DNA of 64,000 nt from Octopus vulgaris (Eukaryota): contig OX597815.1 in assembly GCA_951406725.2 (NCBI GenBank), forward strand, positions 152,334,001 through 152,398,000. Direction: 5' to 3'. Below, one piece after another: positions 38,251 through 50,560 of this stretch. The notes under the pieces are model-generated. The model searched no databases, was not told the origin of the DNA, and worked only from the letters and a program-made list of their open reading frames with translations. Numbering within the stretch: the first letter of the stretch is position 1; every line of letters begins with the position of its first letter. The position numbers and the translations under genes were made by a program.

Positions 38251-38873
38251 GGCTGAGTTCCCTTTGAGTGTTGGGCCTCATGGAGACAAAGTGGTTGAGT
38301 TCCCTTTGAGTGTTGGGCCTCATGGAGACAAAGTGGCTGAGTTCCCTTTGCATGTTGGGTCCCATGGAGACAAAGTGGCTGAGTTCCTTTCAGGCATTGG
38401 GCCTCATTGAGACAAAGTGGCTGAGTTCCCTTTGAGTGTTGGGCCTCATGGAGACAAAGTGGCTGAGTTCCATTTGAGTGTTGGGCCTCATGGAGACAAA
38501 GTGGCTGAGTTCCCTTTGCATGTTGGGCCTCATGGAGACAAAGTGGCTGAGTTTCTTTCAGGCATAGGGCCTCATTGAGACAAAGTTACTGAGTTCCCTT
38601 TGAGTGATGGGCCTCATGGAGACAAAGTGGCTGAGTTCCCTTTGAGTGTTGGGCCTCATGGAGACAAAGTGGCTGAGTTTCTTTCAGGCATAGGGCCTCA
38701 TGGAGACAAAGTGGCCGAGTTCCTTTCAAGCATTGGGCCTCATGGAGACAAAGTGGCTGAGTTCACTTTGAGTGTTGGGCCTCATGGACACAAAGTGGTT
38801 GAGTTCCCTTTGAGTGTTGGACCTCATGGAGACAAAGTGGCTGAGTTCCTTTCAAGCATTGGGCCTCATGGAG
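38251..38873. repeat. 42-bp minisatellite, ~15 copies (mirror ~57486-58108)
   Basis: Unit GAGTTCCCTTTGAGTGTTGGGCCTCATGGAGACAAAGTGGCT, running directly into an RTE 3' tail. Confidence 0.95.
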
Positions 38874-39339
38874 GCAATGACCAAGACCTTTGGCGTTATG
38901 TCATGCTTGAGGAGAAGACCCATCAAGCCAAGCAAAATTGCAGTTATGGCAGATGCCAGTGTCACACAATAGGCACCCATGCTGGTGGCATGTAGAAACA
39001 CCCATTACACTCTCAGAGTGGTTGGTTTTAGGAAGGGCATCCAGTATCAGACTGGAGCCTGGCGAATTCTTCAAGTTTACCAGCCCTGGTCAAACCATGC
39101 AACCAAAGCCAGCATGGACAATGAACATTATATGATGATGATGATGATGATGATGATGGTGATGATGGTGATGATGTTGATGTTGATGATAGTGATGATG
39201 TTGATGGTGATGATGATGCTGATGTGTAAATCGCAGGGCTTCATGATATTTGTTCTGTTCTTTGGCCAAACCACTAAGTTACAGGGGCGTAAATACTTCA
39301 ATGCCGCTTGTCAAGAAGTTGCAGGGGACAAAAACTGAC

Positions 39340-39702
39340 ACAAAGACACACACACAAACAAAACACATGCAACACACACACGTGAAGACACATACATATG
39401 CATGAATGCATACTCACACACATGCACACATGCAACACACACAGCACACACACATATATACATGCATGCACATACACACACACACAACCTGTGCACACAC
39501 ACACACACACAACCTGCACATACACAGCACACAACCTGTGCATACACAACACAGATGCATGCACACACATATGCACACATACACACATACACATGCATGC
39601 CCATACATACACATACAACACACACACGCATGCATGTGCACACACACACACTCACATGCACATACATGCACACATGCACACACACACACACATATCCATA
39701 CA
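39340..39702. repeat. Expanded (CA)/(CATG) low-complexity tract inside a family-A SINE (mirror ~56657-57019)
   Basis: CA-rich tract flanked by the two SINE halves (39255-39335 and 39715-39830). Confidence 0.85.
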
Positions 39703-39926
39703 TGATAGGTTATTTTTTTCAGTTTCCGTCCACCAAATCCACTCACAAGGCTTTGGTTGGCCTGAGTCTGTAGGTGAAGACACTTGCCCAAGGTAGCACA
39801 CAGCAGAGCTGAACCCAGAACCATGTAGTTGTGTTATATTAGTATTGTTTCCTCAATTATCAAAAAGTATGAATTCAAGCATTCTTTAATCAGTTTGAAG
39901 AAGAATTTCCCATGTTTGTTCCATAC

Positions 39927-40070
39927 CTTGTATAGTTTATCATCCTCAATGAAGAAAAAAGAAATTCGGGAAATGGATGATTGTTCTTCACTTTTCAGAT
40001 GTTGAAATAAACTCCTTGGCAATGAAATGGAGATCTTCATTGTATCTTCTGGCTGTGAGGAGTTGTATAT
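39927..40070 (-). CDS. Adhesion GPCR GAIN exon (duplicate of 56289-56432)
   Basis: IYNSSQPEDTMKISISLPRSLFQHLKSEEQSSISRISFFFIEDDKLYK; AG/GT bounded. Confidence 0.88.
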
Positions 40071-40882
40071 CTGACAAAGGAAAGTGAAAGGAAAATCGAA
40101 ATTAATAAATAACTACTACTGCTGCTGCTGCTACTACTAATACTACTACTAACACCACCACCACCACTACTACTGGAGAAGGAAAAGATGCACAGAGCTA
40201 GAAATGGAGGCGAGAGGTATGTTAGGGATAGATATAGTGGGTGACAGAAAGAGGTAGGGGGATGTCGGTGAGAGATACGAGAGGATTTTTAGAAGAAAAT
40301 AATAAGTGGTAAAAGATGATGTTAAGAGTGCTAGATGGGTGACAAAGGAATTCTGCTCCCGTATAATTACAGCATCTGAGGAAATAGTGCTATATCTATG
40401 AGATTATGGGGGATGGATGTAACGATGATGAGCTGTGGGGGGCATAGACATTAATGACTTGCTTTTAGGACCTCATTTTAGCTGATATTGACAGGTCTTC
40501 TTGACCCCAATGCATTTATTTCTTTATTGCCCACAGGGGCTAAACATAGAGGAGACAAACAAGGAATCAGGTCAATTATATCGACCCCAGTGCATACCTG
40601 ATACTTATTTAATCGACCCTGAAAGGATAAAGGCTAAGTCGACCTCGGCGGAATTTGAACTTAGAAAGTAGCAGCAGACGAAATGCCTGTTTCTTTATTA
40701 CCCACAAGGGGTTACACATAGAGGGGATAAACAAGGACAGACATAGGTATTAAGTCGATTACATCGACCCCAGTGCGTAACTGGTACTTAATTTATCGAC
40801 CCTGAAAGGATGAAAGGCAAAGTCGAACCGTCCAACCCATGCTAGCATGGAAAGCGGACGCTAAATGATGATGACGATGATA

Positions 40883-40982
40883 NNNNNNNNNNNNNNNNNN
40901 NNNNNNNNNNNNNNNNNNNNNNNNNNNNNNNNNNNNNNNNNNNNNNNNNNNNNNNNNNNNNNNNNNNNNNNNNNNNNNNNNN
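40883..40982. other. Assembly gap (100 N)
   Basis: Run of exactly 100 N, typical of an unsized scaffolding gap. Confidence 0.99.
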
Positions 40983-41340
40983 TCTTCTTATGCTAAAACT
41001 TGAAAATCGCCATTACCATTACGATTCTGCAATTTAAATTCCCAATTCAACTTACTTCTTCTTCAATTTCAACTCCCGGTCGATGCCCGCAGCAAGTTCT
41101 TAAAAATTTATCTTACTATTTTTATTCGTTGTTACTACGTTTATTCATACATTGATAACTTGATTCGTCTTACCCATCGAAAATTTACGAAAATTTAACC
41201 TTTTAGGCTACTTTCAAGCCTTCGCCATAACTTGATTTATCTTTCCTATCTCTCTCTCTACAAAATTTAACCTTAGGCTACCTCAAGCCGTAATCCCATC
41301 TTTTCCCTTCTTTCCGCCATTGGCGGTGCGCCCGCCCCCC

Positions 41341-41474
41341 CACCACCAATACCGATGAACACTGTTCTCACCCCCACCACCAATACCGGTGAACACTGTT
41401 CTCACCGCCACCACCAATACCGGTGAACACTGTTCTCACCCCCACCACCAATACCAGTATACCCTGTTCTCACC
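41341..41474. repeat. 34-bp tandem repeat, ~4 copies
   Basis: CACCACCAATACCGGTGAACACTGTTCTCACCCC units. Confidence 0.85.
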
Positions 41475-41814
41475 ATCTACACCGGATACGCCCTACTCAT
41501 CTACACCGGGTACGCCCTACTCCCTCCTCCTCCCCCCACTATCCCTTCTCCTCATATGCTTTCACTGTGAAAAGACAAGCTGCTAGCGCCATAGCTCATC
41601 AACTGCCCACCGATCTTACGCTTCCTCCTGACACTGCCTCAATCCGACCATCCCCTTTTAGTACCCTCCCGCCTCGTAATATCCTACGTTTTTATTTCTT
41701 AGGAACCTACACCAACCCTTCCTGCCATCGTTCCTCCTTACCCTAACCCTAACCCTTAAGTACCCCGGATCCCCAAAGTACCCCGATCCCCAAAGTACCC
41801 CGGACCTCGTTGCC

Positions 41815-42067
41815 CCCGTGCCGCTGACACGTTAAAATGCTCGAACCGATCGTGACGATGCCGGACCCTCCGGCCCCTGTGCAGGTGGCACGTAAAAGCA
41901 CCCAATCCACTCACGGAGTGGTTGGCGTTAGGAAGGGCATCCAGCCGTAGAAACTCTGCCAGATTCAGACTGGAGCCTGGAGCGGCCCCTGGCTTCCCAG
42001 ACCCGGTCAAACCGTCCAACCCGTGCTAGCGCGGAAAGCGGACGTTAAACGATGATGATGATGATGA

Positions 42068-42071
<4 letters not shown>
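41815..42071 (+). mobile_element. RTE-type 3' tail ending in (GAT)n
   Basis: GGAGTGGTTGGCGTTAGGAAGGGCATCCAGCCGTAGAAA...GGACGTTAAACGATGATG. A second copy on - lies at ~42331-42640. Confidence 0.8.
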
Positions 42072-42111
<40 letters not shown>

Positions 42112-42635
42112 TCTTTTCCTTGTTTCAGTCATCTGACTGCGACCATGCTGGAGCACCGCCTTTAGTCAAGCAAATTGACGACAGGACTTATTCTTTGTAA
42201 GTCTAGTACTTATTATATCAGTCTCTTTTGCTGAACCGCTAAGTTACAGGGACGTAAATACACCAGCATCATTTGTCAAGCAATGTTGTGAGGACAAACA
42301 TTAACACACAAACATATACACACATACATATCATCATCATCATCGTTTAAAGTCCACTTTCTATGCTGGCATGGGTTGGACGATTTGACTGAGGACTGGT
42401 GAGCCAGAGGTTGCACCAGGATCAATCTGATCTGGCAAAGTTTCTACAGCTGGATGCCCTTCCTAATGCCAACCACTCTGAGAGTGTAGTGGGTGCTTTT
42501 ACATGCCACCAGCACATGTGCTAGTAAGGCGACACTGGCAACAATCATGCTTGAATGATGCTTTTCATGTGTCACCAGAACAGGAGCCAATCTGTGGCGC
42601 TGGCAACAATCATGCTCGGATGTGCTTTTAATGTT

Positions 42636-42683
<48 letters not shown>

Positions 42684-42836
42684 GATGGGCTTCTTTCAGT
42701 TTCTGTCTTCTAAATTCCCTCACTGGGCTTTGATCAGCCTGAGGCTATAGTAGAAGACACTTCCCCAAGGTGCCTTGCAGTGGGACTGAACCCGGAACCA
42801 TGTGGTTGGTAATGCACCTATATATATAATATACAT

Positions 42837-42876
<40 letters not shown>

Positions 42877-43528
42877 GTGTGTGTGCATATATATATTTAT
42901 ATATATGTATATACACCTTTTATATCTTACTCATTTTAGTCATTAGACTGTGGCCATGCTGGAGCATCATCTTGAAAATCTTTAGTTAAATGAATCATCC
43001 TCAGAACTTATTTTTTCTTAAGCCTGATACTGATTCTACCAGTCTCCTTTGCCAGACTACAAGAAATGATAAACAAAGTCAAGAAGGTATCAAATGTACA
43101 TGACCTCTAACTCAACCGTATGAAAATAAAAATCATGGAAGTAGGAAAAGAAAAAGTAAATGTTAACATTTTACCGGGCAGAGAGAGGCATAAACAGGTT
43201 GAAAATTGGCGGTGCACTACAGAATGGCATTGTTGTCGAAAAAATTAATTGTAGTAGTAGTAGTAGTAGTAGTAGTAGATATTTAGGGCTATAATTGGAG
43301 TCTAAAAACAGTTTGCCAACTAAAATGTGAGTGTTGATGAAGTGTGGGCTTGATGAAACTTTACATTGAAGTCGTCTCGATGCCACTCCATTTATGGAGC
43401 TGTTCACTTATGAAGTTCTGTTAGGCTGAAAATAGCTTTTAGAAACACTTTTGCTGCAGGTAAAATTATTTCATTTCTGTTTCTGTTGAAAATATTATTT
43501 TATTTTGAGAATACGGGAAGAGATGACC

Positions 43529-43830
43529 AGGGCTGTCGCTAAGCCCCTGCAACCCCTACAGTCGCAGGGGGCCTCCGCGGTTAAGATCAAAGTGCATAGA
43601 TTAGTCATCATCTATTTACTTTGGTTAAGATGTTGAACAAGAATTAAACTATGTTAACTGAAATTTTCAACAAATAAAATGGTAATACATTGTACCTGCA
43701 AAAGTTCTATATTGAACCACAAACGTGTACCAGACTTTGTGGATTGTCTATGATATCTATTGAACACAAACGTAGCTTTCGGCTTGATTATTCTGAACTG
43801 GTTGATGATTTCAGGAAGTGAAAAGTGTGC
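43529..43830 (+). mobile_element. Possible hAT (Tip100/ZMYM1-like) remnant
   Basis: CAGGGC-start GC-rich terminus; RLCGLSMISIEH...LDYSELVDDFRK resembles the hAT C-terminal dimerisation motif. Confidence 0.45.
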
Positions 43831-44216
43831 TGTGTTTGTCTTTGAAAGTTACCTGGACTATAAAAGTGCTCTTTTATTCATATCTGCGAGTTTTACTTGT
43901 TGAAATTTGTAATAGACCTAAATAAATTTAACTTGTACTTTTAAGGATGTTCTTTGGGATAATGTGAAATATCGAACTTCAAATAGAATAAAGTAAAATA
44001 TAGCTGTGAATAAAAGTTGCGTAGATTATAAATTTTGATTGAAGGAATGGGACCTCGGAACAAAAAGTCATGCGATGGAACTGGATATGACTTATGTAAG
44101 AGAACTGTATTGTCAAGGTAGAATATGAGCTATGAATAACATGACTAGAGAGAATCAAACTGTGTGATGTGCTTTTTTTAATGGATTCTCTAAGACATGT
44201 TTTGTTTCTTTTACAG

Positions 44217-44331
44217 CAATTTGTAATGAAGACACAATATCTACTGACAATATATCTTTCAACTGGCCAATGACAAAAGTAGGAACTTCTGTGACAATTC
44301 CATGTCATGCGAATATAGCAACAAGATACTG
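44217..44331 (+). CDS. Adhesion GPCR hormone-receptor (HormR) domain exon 1: ICNEDTISTDNISFNWPMTKVGTSVTIPCHANIATRYC
   Basis: tttctttt-acAG acceptor and GTTCGT donor. HormR pattern C.....WP.T..G.....PC....TR.C; the phase-2 end joins the next exon. Confidence 0.85.
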
Positions 44332-44708
44332 GTTCGTTTGTATTGTTTTATTCTTTCTCTAATTTCAAAGTTTTCATTGTGTCATCATTTTCACAAGAGA
44401 TTTAGATGACAGAATTAATATCCATCAGTTCAAATCATTGAACACACCTATTTTACATTTACTTGGTATATGGCATAATTTTGCTTTGGTCTAACTACCA
44501 ATGCTTGGTTTGTTGTCAATGTCAGACAAAGCTTTAAAAGATTTGGAAAGATTCATGTGATTCCAGGATTCTCAAGTTACAAAAAAATGTAAGGGAAGAT
44601 ACAGCCAATAGAATTTATGAAGCAATTCTATTGATTTCAAGGTAATTTTATTTAATAGAAATATTGCATTTCTAAATCTCTCAGGGAGATTTATAGAGTA
44701 GCAGCACG

Positions 44709-44874
44709 ATAAAGTGATGTTATGTTGCCAACTAAATGTGGCAATCCCATGAAAGGGAAGAAATGCTACCGTTATTTAGCCCTTGGAAACGGTGTTTCCT
44801 AGGGCTAAATAGCAGTAATATTCTTCCCTTTCATGGGACTGCCACATTAAATTGGCAACATAACATCACTTTAT
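44709..44874. repeat. Foldback hairpin, ~82-bp arms and 3-nt loop
   Basis: ATAAAGTGATGTTATGTTGCCAA...GGAAAC-GGT-GTTTCC...TTGGCAACATAACATCACTTTAT. Confidence 0.9.
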
Positions 44875-45311
44875 TTAATTTTATGATAAAGGATAGAATA
44901 TGATCGGAAGCAAAGAAAGCTGGTTGTTCTGGGACTTAACTCTTCATAGATGATGTTACAATGTGACTCTTTTCTGATTTCTACCACAACATTCCACTTA
45001 CTAATCCCCTAAATTGTTCCTCTCAGAGGCTGAGATTTATAAGTTTTAAGATAAAGTCAGCAGGTGTAATTAATCAAACCAGTCTAATTATGGAAAACTG
45101 GATGTATAGCTGCTGTTGTGACAGATGATGACAACGGTGATGATAATGAAGATGATGAAAAGAAGAGGAAAGAAAAAGAAGGGAGGGGATGGAATGAAGA
45201 GAGGATGAAGAAAAGGAAGGCATTCATCTACTGAATAAGATTATATACATGCTCATCTAACACTAAATGTCATCAACAGACATTCCCATAACATTACCAC
45301 TACCTAACATA

Positions 45312-45342
<31 letters not shown>

Positions 45343-45500
45343 TCTCCACCAAATCAGCCCCAGTGCATTTTTTTAGCCTACTTATTCTACCGGTCTCTTC
45401 TGTCAAACCCCTATGTTACATGGATGTAAACAAACCAACACCAGTTGTCAAGCAGTGTTGTGGACAAACATACACACACACACACACATATATATATCTA

Positions 45501-45574
45501 CTAGCAGAAATACCCGGCGTTGCCAGGTTACATTCAATTGAAGAATTAGACTTTTCTGTTATATATATATGGAT

Positions 45575-45619
<45 letters not shown>

Positions 45620-48330
45620 TATTAATTTAAATACATGAAAGTACATGAAGTTTGTTAAAAAAAAGGGGATCATGTATATACCTCCTGGCTGTTGAGATTA
45701 TAACACCTCGTTGTAAACAATGTTCCTTGTTTTTCCTTTAGGAGCATATACAAAAAGGTTTCTTTCGGTTCCTACTCTTGAGCAGCCAACATACAGTTGC
45801 CCATGCGAGAAGCAGGGCTACAGAGAGGGTTTGACCCTGAGATTTGTTAATGGACACGGCAAAGCTGACACGAAGGGGGAATTGCAGTCTTCTGAATGTA
45901 AATGGAATTTCTGCTCTTGATGGAGTAAGAGGAATTCTTGGAATAAAGATGTCATCACCTTTTCCACATCCAGAAAGAATGATCGCCTCGATGACGTGTG
46001 ACATCATTTTCTTTATCACCAGTCGTGTTCCATTACAAAGTCTTGGTGGTTTCAGATTGTGGAGTAGCATTACAGGAGTTCCAACTTTAAGTGCTAATAT
46101 GAGTGGAGGTAGTCCAGGAGGCTCCAGTGAATTGAGAAATTCAGGAGGATAGTTTACAACTTCATTTATATCTGGAATTGTATCAACAGACTTGTAAGTG
46201 TGTATAGTGCTGGGAAGAGAATGCATTAGCTATTGATTAATTTTGTTAACAGCAACGTTTTTTGGAACTAATATTGCTCTTTCACACAGCCAATTGTGAT
46301 TTTGGTAGTTTTGTGAGAAGTTGGGAAAGACTTTGTTTTTGAGGTCATCTACAGAATTAACAACAGAGGAAAATGACTGCCCTGCAGCATCGAGAGGCAT
46401 CTTGCCTTCACCAAGTGTCAAAATGTCCTGTGCAAACTTTGTGGACATTTTGTCGCTGTGTAGCTGAGCTCTCATGTTAGTGGTGAGACTGAGGATTGTA
46501 ACATAATGCAACAGGGTAGAGGACTTTAGGCATGCTTGGACTTCATCTGCTTTAGTGCCCTTCGGAATGACAGGAAGAGTTTGCCTGAAATCACCTGACA
46601 ACAGAAGCGTTACACCTCCCATTGGAGCCTGACAGTCTCGGATGTCTTTCAGGGCTCTATCTAATGCTTCCAAAGCTCCCTTGTGAGCCATAGTACACTC
46701 ATCCCAGACAATTAGATGACACATTTTAAGTACTTATCCCTGATCTGAGCTTTTGTTGCTGTTGCATGAAGGCATTTCAGATGCTGTTAAATTGAGAGGG
46801 AGTTTAAAAGTTGAGTGTGCTGTCCTGCCACCGGGTAACAAAGTAGCTGCAATGCCAGAGGAGGCTACAGCTACTGGAATGTCCTGATGCTGCCTAACTT
46901 CTGCAAGGAGAAGCTTTGTAATAAATGTTTTTCATGTCCCTCCAGGAGCATCGAGGAAGAAGATTCGTCCCTCGCGTTGGCGTACACTGTTAAGAATAGT
47001 TCTGTAGGCCTGCAGCTGGTCCGGAAGTAAATTAGGCTCATTTTCAACAATGTACTTTGAAAGTGCTTGAGTGTCGTAAGTTATTTCACGAATGACAGCA
47101 GTGGAAAGGCTATTTGACCCTAACCTGAATGCTTGTGGCAGGCCATACGTCGACAATTTATTTCCACCCAGTTTAGCAATTCTGTTTTCAATGTCAATGA
47201 GAGTTTTGTTATGGATTTCATTGCTGATACCCTCCTTGTCAGGATAGAGCAGTTGAGCTTGGCGCTGAAAGTCTTCAGCCAGTTTGTCTCTATATTTGAG
47301 CCATAGAGTGGCCGGATCACACAGTTCACATGCCTGTAGTAATACTGCAAATAGTGCCCTGAGGCTTTTAGATGATTGTGATAAAGCAGCCTCTCCTAAA
47401 GTTGCATCCCATTATGCACCATCTTCTAACAGACCTTGTCGATAGCAGGCTTCTCTGTATGTTGTGCAGACATGTCCATGAACGGTTTTTAGGGCTTGGA
47501 AAGACGTTGGCCCTCTGACCTCATGCAGTAGTAGACGAAGGTAGAAGCACTCTTGTTGAGTGGAATGCACTGTGTATACTCGCTCAAGGCAAGTGTGAAA
47601 CTTAATGCCAGGGTATCCATGAACATTTTGACCTGATTTCTGTGGGGCCAATTTTTTTCCATTCCAAGTGTTGTATGATGGAATCTGTGGATACAGCAAG
47701 GTTTGAGTGAATGGATCCACTTGACAAAGCTTGAAGAATGCAGTGAGTGTGCTGTCCCTTGGTTCCTCTGCCAACAGAGAAGCATTAGCATCGGTGAAGT
47801 ACACTCTTTGACCATTTTCCAGGTGCACTGCAAGCTGTAAAATGTTAGGGTGTTGTTGGTCAATTGGAAAGCAAAAGATGCTCCAGAAAGCCTCATTGCT
47901 ACTTATGTACTGTCCCACCTGATAATGCGTCACCTCATCCTGGCAGTATTCTTGTTGAAGTCCAAACATTGCAGCATCAGAACCCTTGTTTACATATTTG
48001 CAAACGTACTTGATGGATTTAACGGAGTTGCAAAACTCAACGTTGATGTGGGCATTGAAAGTCTTTGACAGGAGTGGGGAGTATGGAACAATCCATCTAT
48101 TATCAATATCGTGCTGTCCGATAGTTGCTGTGAAACCTCCGTCTTCTGGTTTTCTGCGTCTGTATGATGGATACCCATCAGCACCTGTCTGAGTTTCTTG
48201 TAGGAACCTCCTTGGAAATCTTTTTGAACATATGCTGTCCTTCAAGTATGGTGTGTTTATGTTGAATCCACGCCCACATGGACCATGTACCATGTTTGCT
48301 TTAACTATTTCGTATAGTTCTTGATAGGGA
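45501..48330 (-). mobile_element. Helitron Rep/PIF1-helicase remnant, 5'-truncated, 3' end intact
   Basis: MVHGPCG, DGYPSYRRR, DNRWIVPYSPLL..FNAHINVE, FLDAPGGT(*K), VWDECTM, SGDFRQTLPV, LCNGTRL and [20 protein letters not shown]. 3' hairpin + CTAG|T at 45501. Confidence 0.95.
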
Positions 48331-48536
48331 ATGTTTTTGATAGGCTTTTGTGGACAGTGAATTGGTGCAAACAACAGGTTGATGGACAAACTATTTACAT
48401 GTTCTGTATTTATGTTTGTCCTGCTAGACTATGAGTTCACATCCAAGCATGACCAATATTTTCCTTACGTTCCTGTGAGATTGAGAAAATAACCACAAAT
48501 AAACACAACTGACAATATTTTACTTTTATTTTTCAG

Positions 48537-48706
48537 TTCTTACAGCACAGCTTTAGATCTAGGAATTCCAACAAGCCCCTCGAACACAACACAAAAGTGT
48601 AAACTATTTACTGGTGTCTGGCAAAAACCAAAAATGTCTCTGTGTAACAATACAGAATGGATCACTCAGAAACTCAAAGACATCGACGGACAAGACATTA
48701 ATGAAG
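48537..48706 (+). CDS. Adhesion GPCR HormR exon 2 / GAIN start: CSYSTALDLGIPTSPSNTTQKCKLFTGVWQKPKMSLCNNTEWITQKLKDIDGQDINE
   Basis: ttttcAG acceptor and GTGAGT donor. Open frame with the G.W..P..S.C motif; phases match. Confidence 0.85.
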
Positions 48707-49149
48707 GTGAGTGAACAACTATGTTTCGAAATCCTCATCATCAGCATCCCTTAAATGATGCTGCCAGTTGTTGGGTTGCATCTCTAGTTACTTTTATAGT
48801 CAACTGTTGTCACTGTTCTCTGCTCTCTGTCATGCATAGCAGGTTTGCTGTGTTGCGACCTGTCCATTCCTTGATGCTTTTTGTTACATGTTGTCATTGT
48901 TTTTGTTCAATTAAATTTGTTGAAAAAAAAAAGCCACAATAATTATGCATCAACCCAATATTAGTAAAAGTAGTTCGGTCCCAGATCAGCTTCAACTCAG
49001 CATAGGCATTTTAATCATGACCATTCCATTTTCTTTCTAATGCAGTGGAGTGTGATTTGAGCAGAAGTGTAGTTGCTATTTCTAGTAGAACAGGTGACTA
49101 ATTAGAGGGTCTTTCAATGATTCACAGTGTATTAGTTGATATGTGTGAG

Positions 49150-50560
49150 TTGTTTTAATGTAAGGTGGATATGGTGCTATGTGGAGGTTGACTGCCAGGC
49201 AGTGGGGAAAAGCTACAGACCAGTAAACCATGTAGGTTTTGGGTGTATTTGAAGGAAGGGATTGGGGAAGAAAGAGGAAGTGGTGGGGTCGGATTAAAGT
49301 GCACAGAAAGTGCATAAAATAGTACGATGAAGAGGAAGAGTAGAGGGTATAGGTGAGGGGAGGCAGATAAGTGTAGGACAGTCAGAGAGGTTTGATGCAG
49401 GATCAATAACTCAAGCATAAGTGAGGGAAGCATGGATTATAGTGGAGGGTGCATCCATGGTAGTTGAAGTAGCAGGCCATGAATTGGGACTGTCTGGAAG
49501 TCATTGCCATCATTAGAGTGTCAATGGAGAGAGAGAGAGGAACTGAAAGTAGGAGGCGGACAATTTGGTGTGGGTGGGGTGGAGGAAGTGAATTTGAGGT
49601 AGGAGCGTGAGTCCATATCCTTCTTGTGGATGGAAGCGGTAAGTGGGGGTAGTTAATGGAAACTGAAATATGAAGGAAGTTAACCGAGGTGTCGGAGATA
49701 GAGCAGAAGAATTCAAGGGTGGGGTGGAAGGACTGGATGAAAGAGAGGGAGGAGCTTAGTTTTTGCCGGTGAGTGAGGTGGTGCTGATGCAATCGTTGAT
49801 ATACTGACCATAAAGCTCAGGATTGGGACCAGTGAACTATGAGAGTATTTAATAATATAATAATAATAATGAAATTATTGTATACAGTGCTCAGGTGCAC
49901 CACAACTTGTCAGAAAGTGCGTATAGAGTATATGCAGTAATGTACAAATGTCTGGGAAGCGAACAATGTATGAGTCAGATACATGCTTGTGTGTGTATGG
50001 AGGGGAGAAAATCAGGTGTAGTGTTGGCGAATGATGTTGGAGATTATGTGGAATAGAAGGGAGGTGGAAATGAGTTTGCGAATAGTGAAGGATGCAACTT
50101 GTTGGTAGTGAGGCATGGGTTGGAGGGCAGATGATGAAAGAAAGAAGTGTATCTTGGTGGAGAACTTCAGCTCTGTAGAGATCTTCATGCAACAAAGCCA
50201 CAGCTCCTCCCTTGTTAACCGTTTTGATGATGAGATCCCCCATTGCGTCAGAGGGAATGGGGTGGGGAATGAGAGTTTGGCTTTGGAATTTGCACTGATT
50301 TAGGGTCTGGTAACAAGTGTTTGTGAACTGATCACCTACATGGAACTAGCCAAGTGTTTGACATCCAGCGGGATGGTCAGTGACCCAGGTCAGAGAAGCA
50401 GTCTTGTCCGTTAGATGCAGGTGGAGAATTATGAAAGTATACAAAGTGTTGGACACCAGCATGAGTGTGAAACTTGTTACTGGACAATGTGACACGCATG
50501 AAATGGAGATCCATAATAAAGAGAAAATGCTCAGCTTCAGAGAGAGGAAGATCAGGTGGG
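49150..50560 (-). mobile_element. Decayed Penelope-like element RT region, interrupted by a LINE 3' end (~49850-50035)
   Basis: IIKTVNKGGAVA...DLY..E (cf. IKPADKGG) and FHPTLEFFCSISDTSVNFL.ISVS (Penelope RT/thumb). Boundaries are approximate. Confidence 0.6.

Noticed and set aside
38251-38873. Regular 42-bp repeats resembling a CRISPR array or a repeat protein (GPHGDKVAEF)
   Set aside because: There are no unique spacers and no cas genes, and the context is eukaryotic. It is a head-to-tail minisatellite.
39298-39824. C/V/M- and H/T-rich ORFs (also 13711-14208 and 56535-57061)
   Set aside because: Translations of CA/TG and TACA microsatellites.
41737-41756. Telomeric CCCTAA repeats
   Set aside because: Only 2-3 units inside a dispersed repeat; not a telomere or an interstitial telomeric array.
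43380-43465. Candidate upstream receptor exon ending at CAG|GTAAAA (~43459)
   Set aside because: The frame required by the next exon is closed by TGA with no ATG or signal peptide; it cannot be supported as coding.
45738-48389. PIF1 helicase as a host gene
   Set aside because: It is intronless, has stops and frameshifts, is fused to Helitron Rep motifs and ends in a Helitron hairpin-CTAG.
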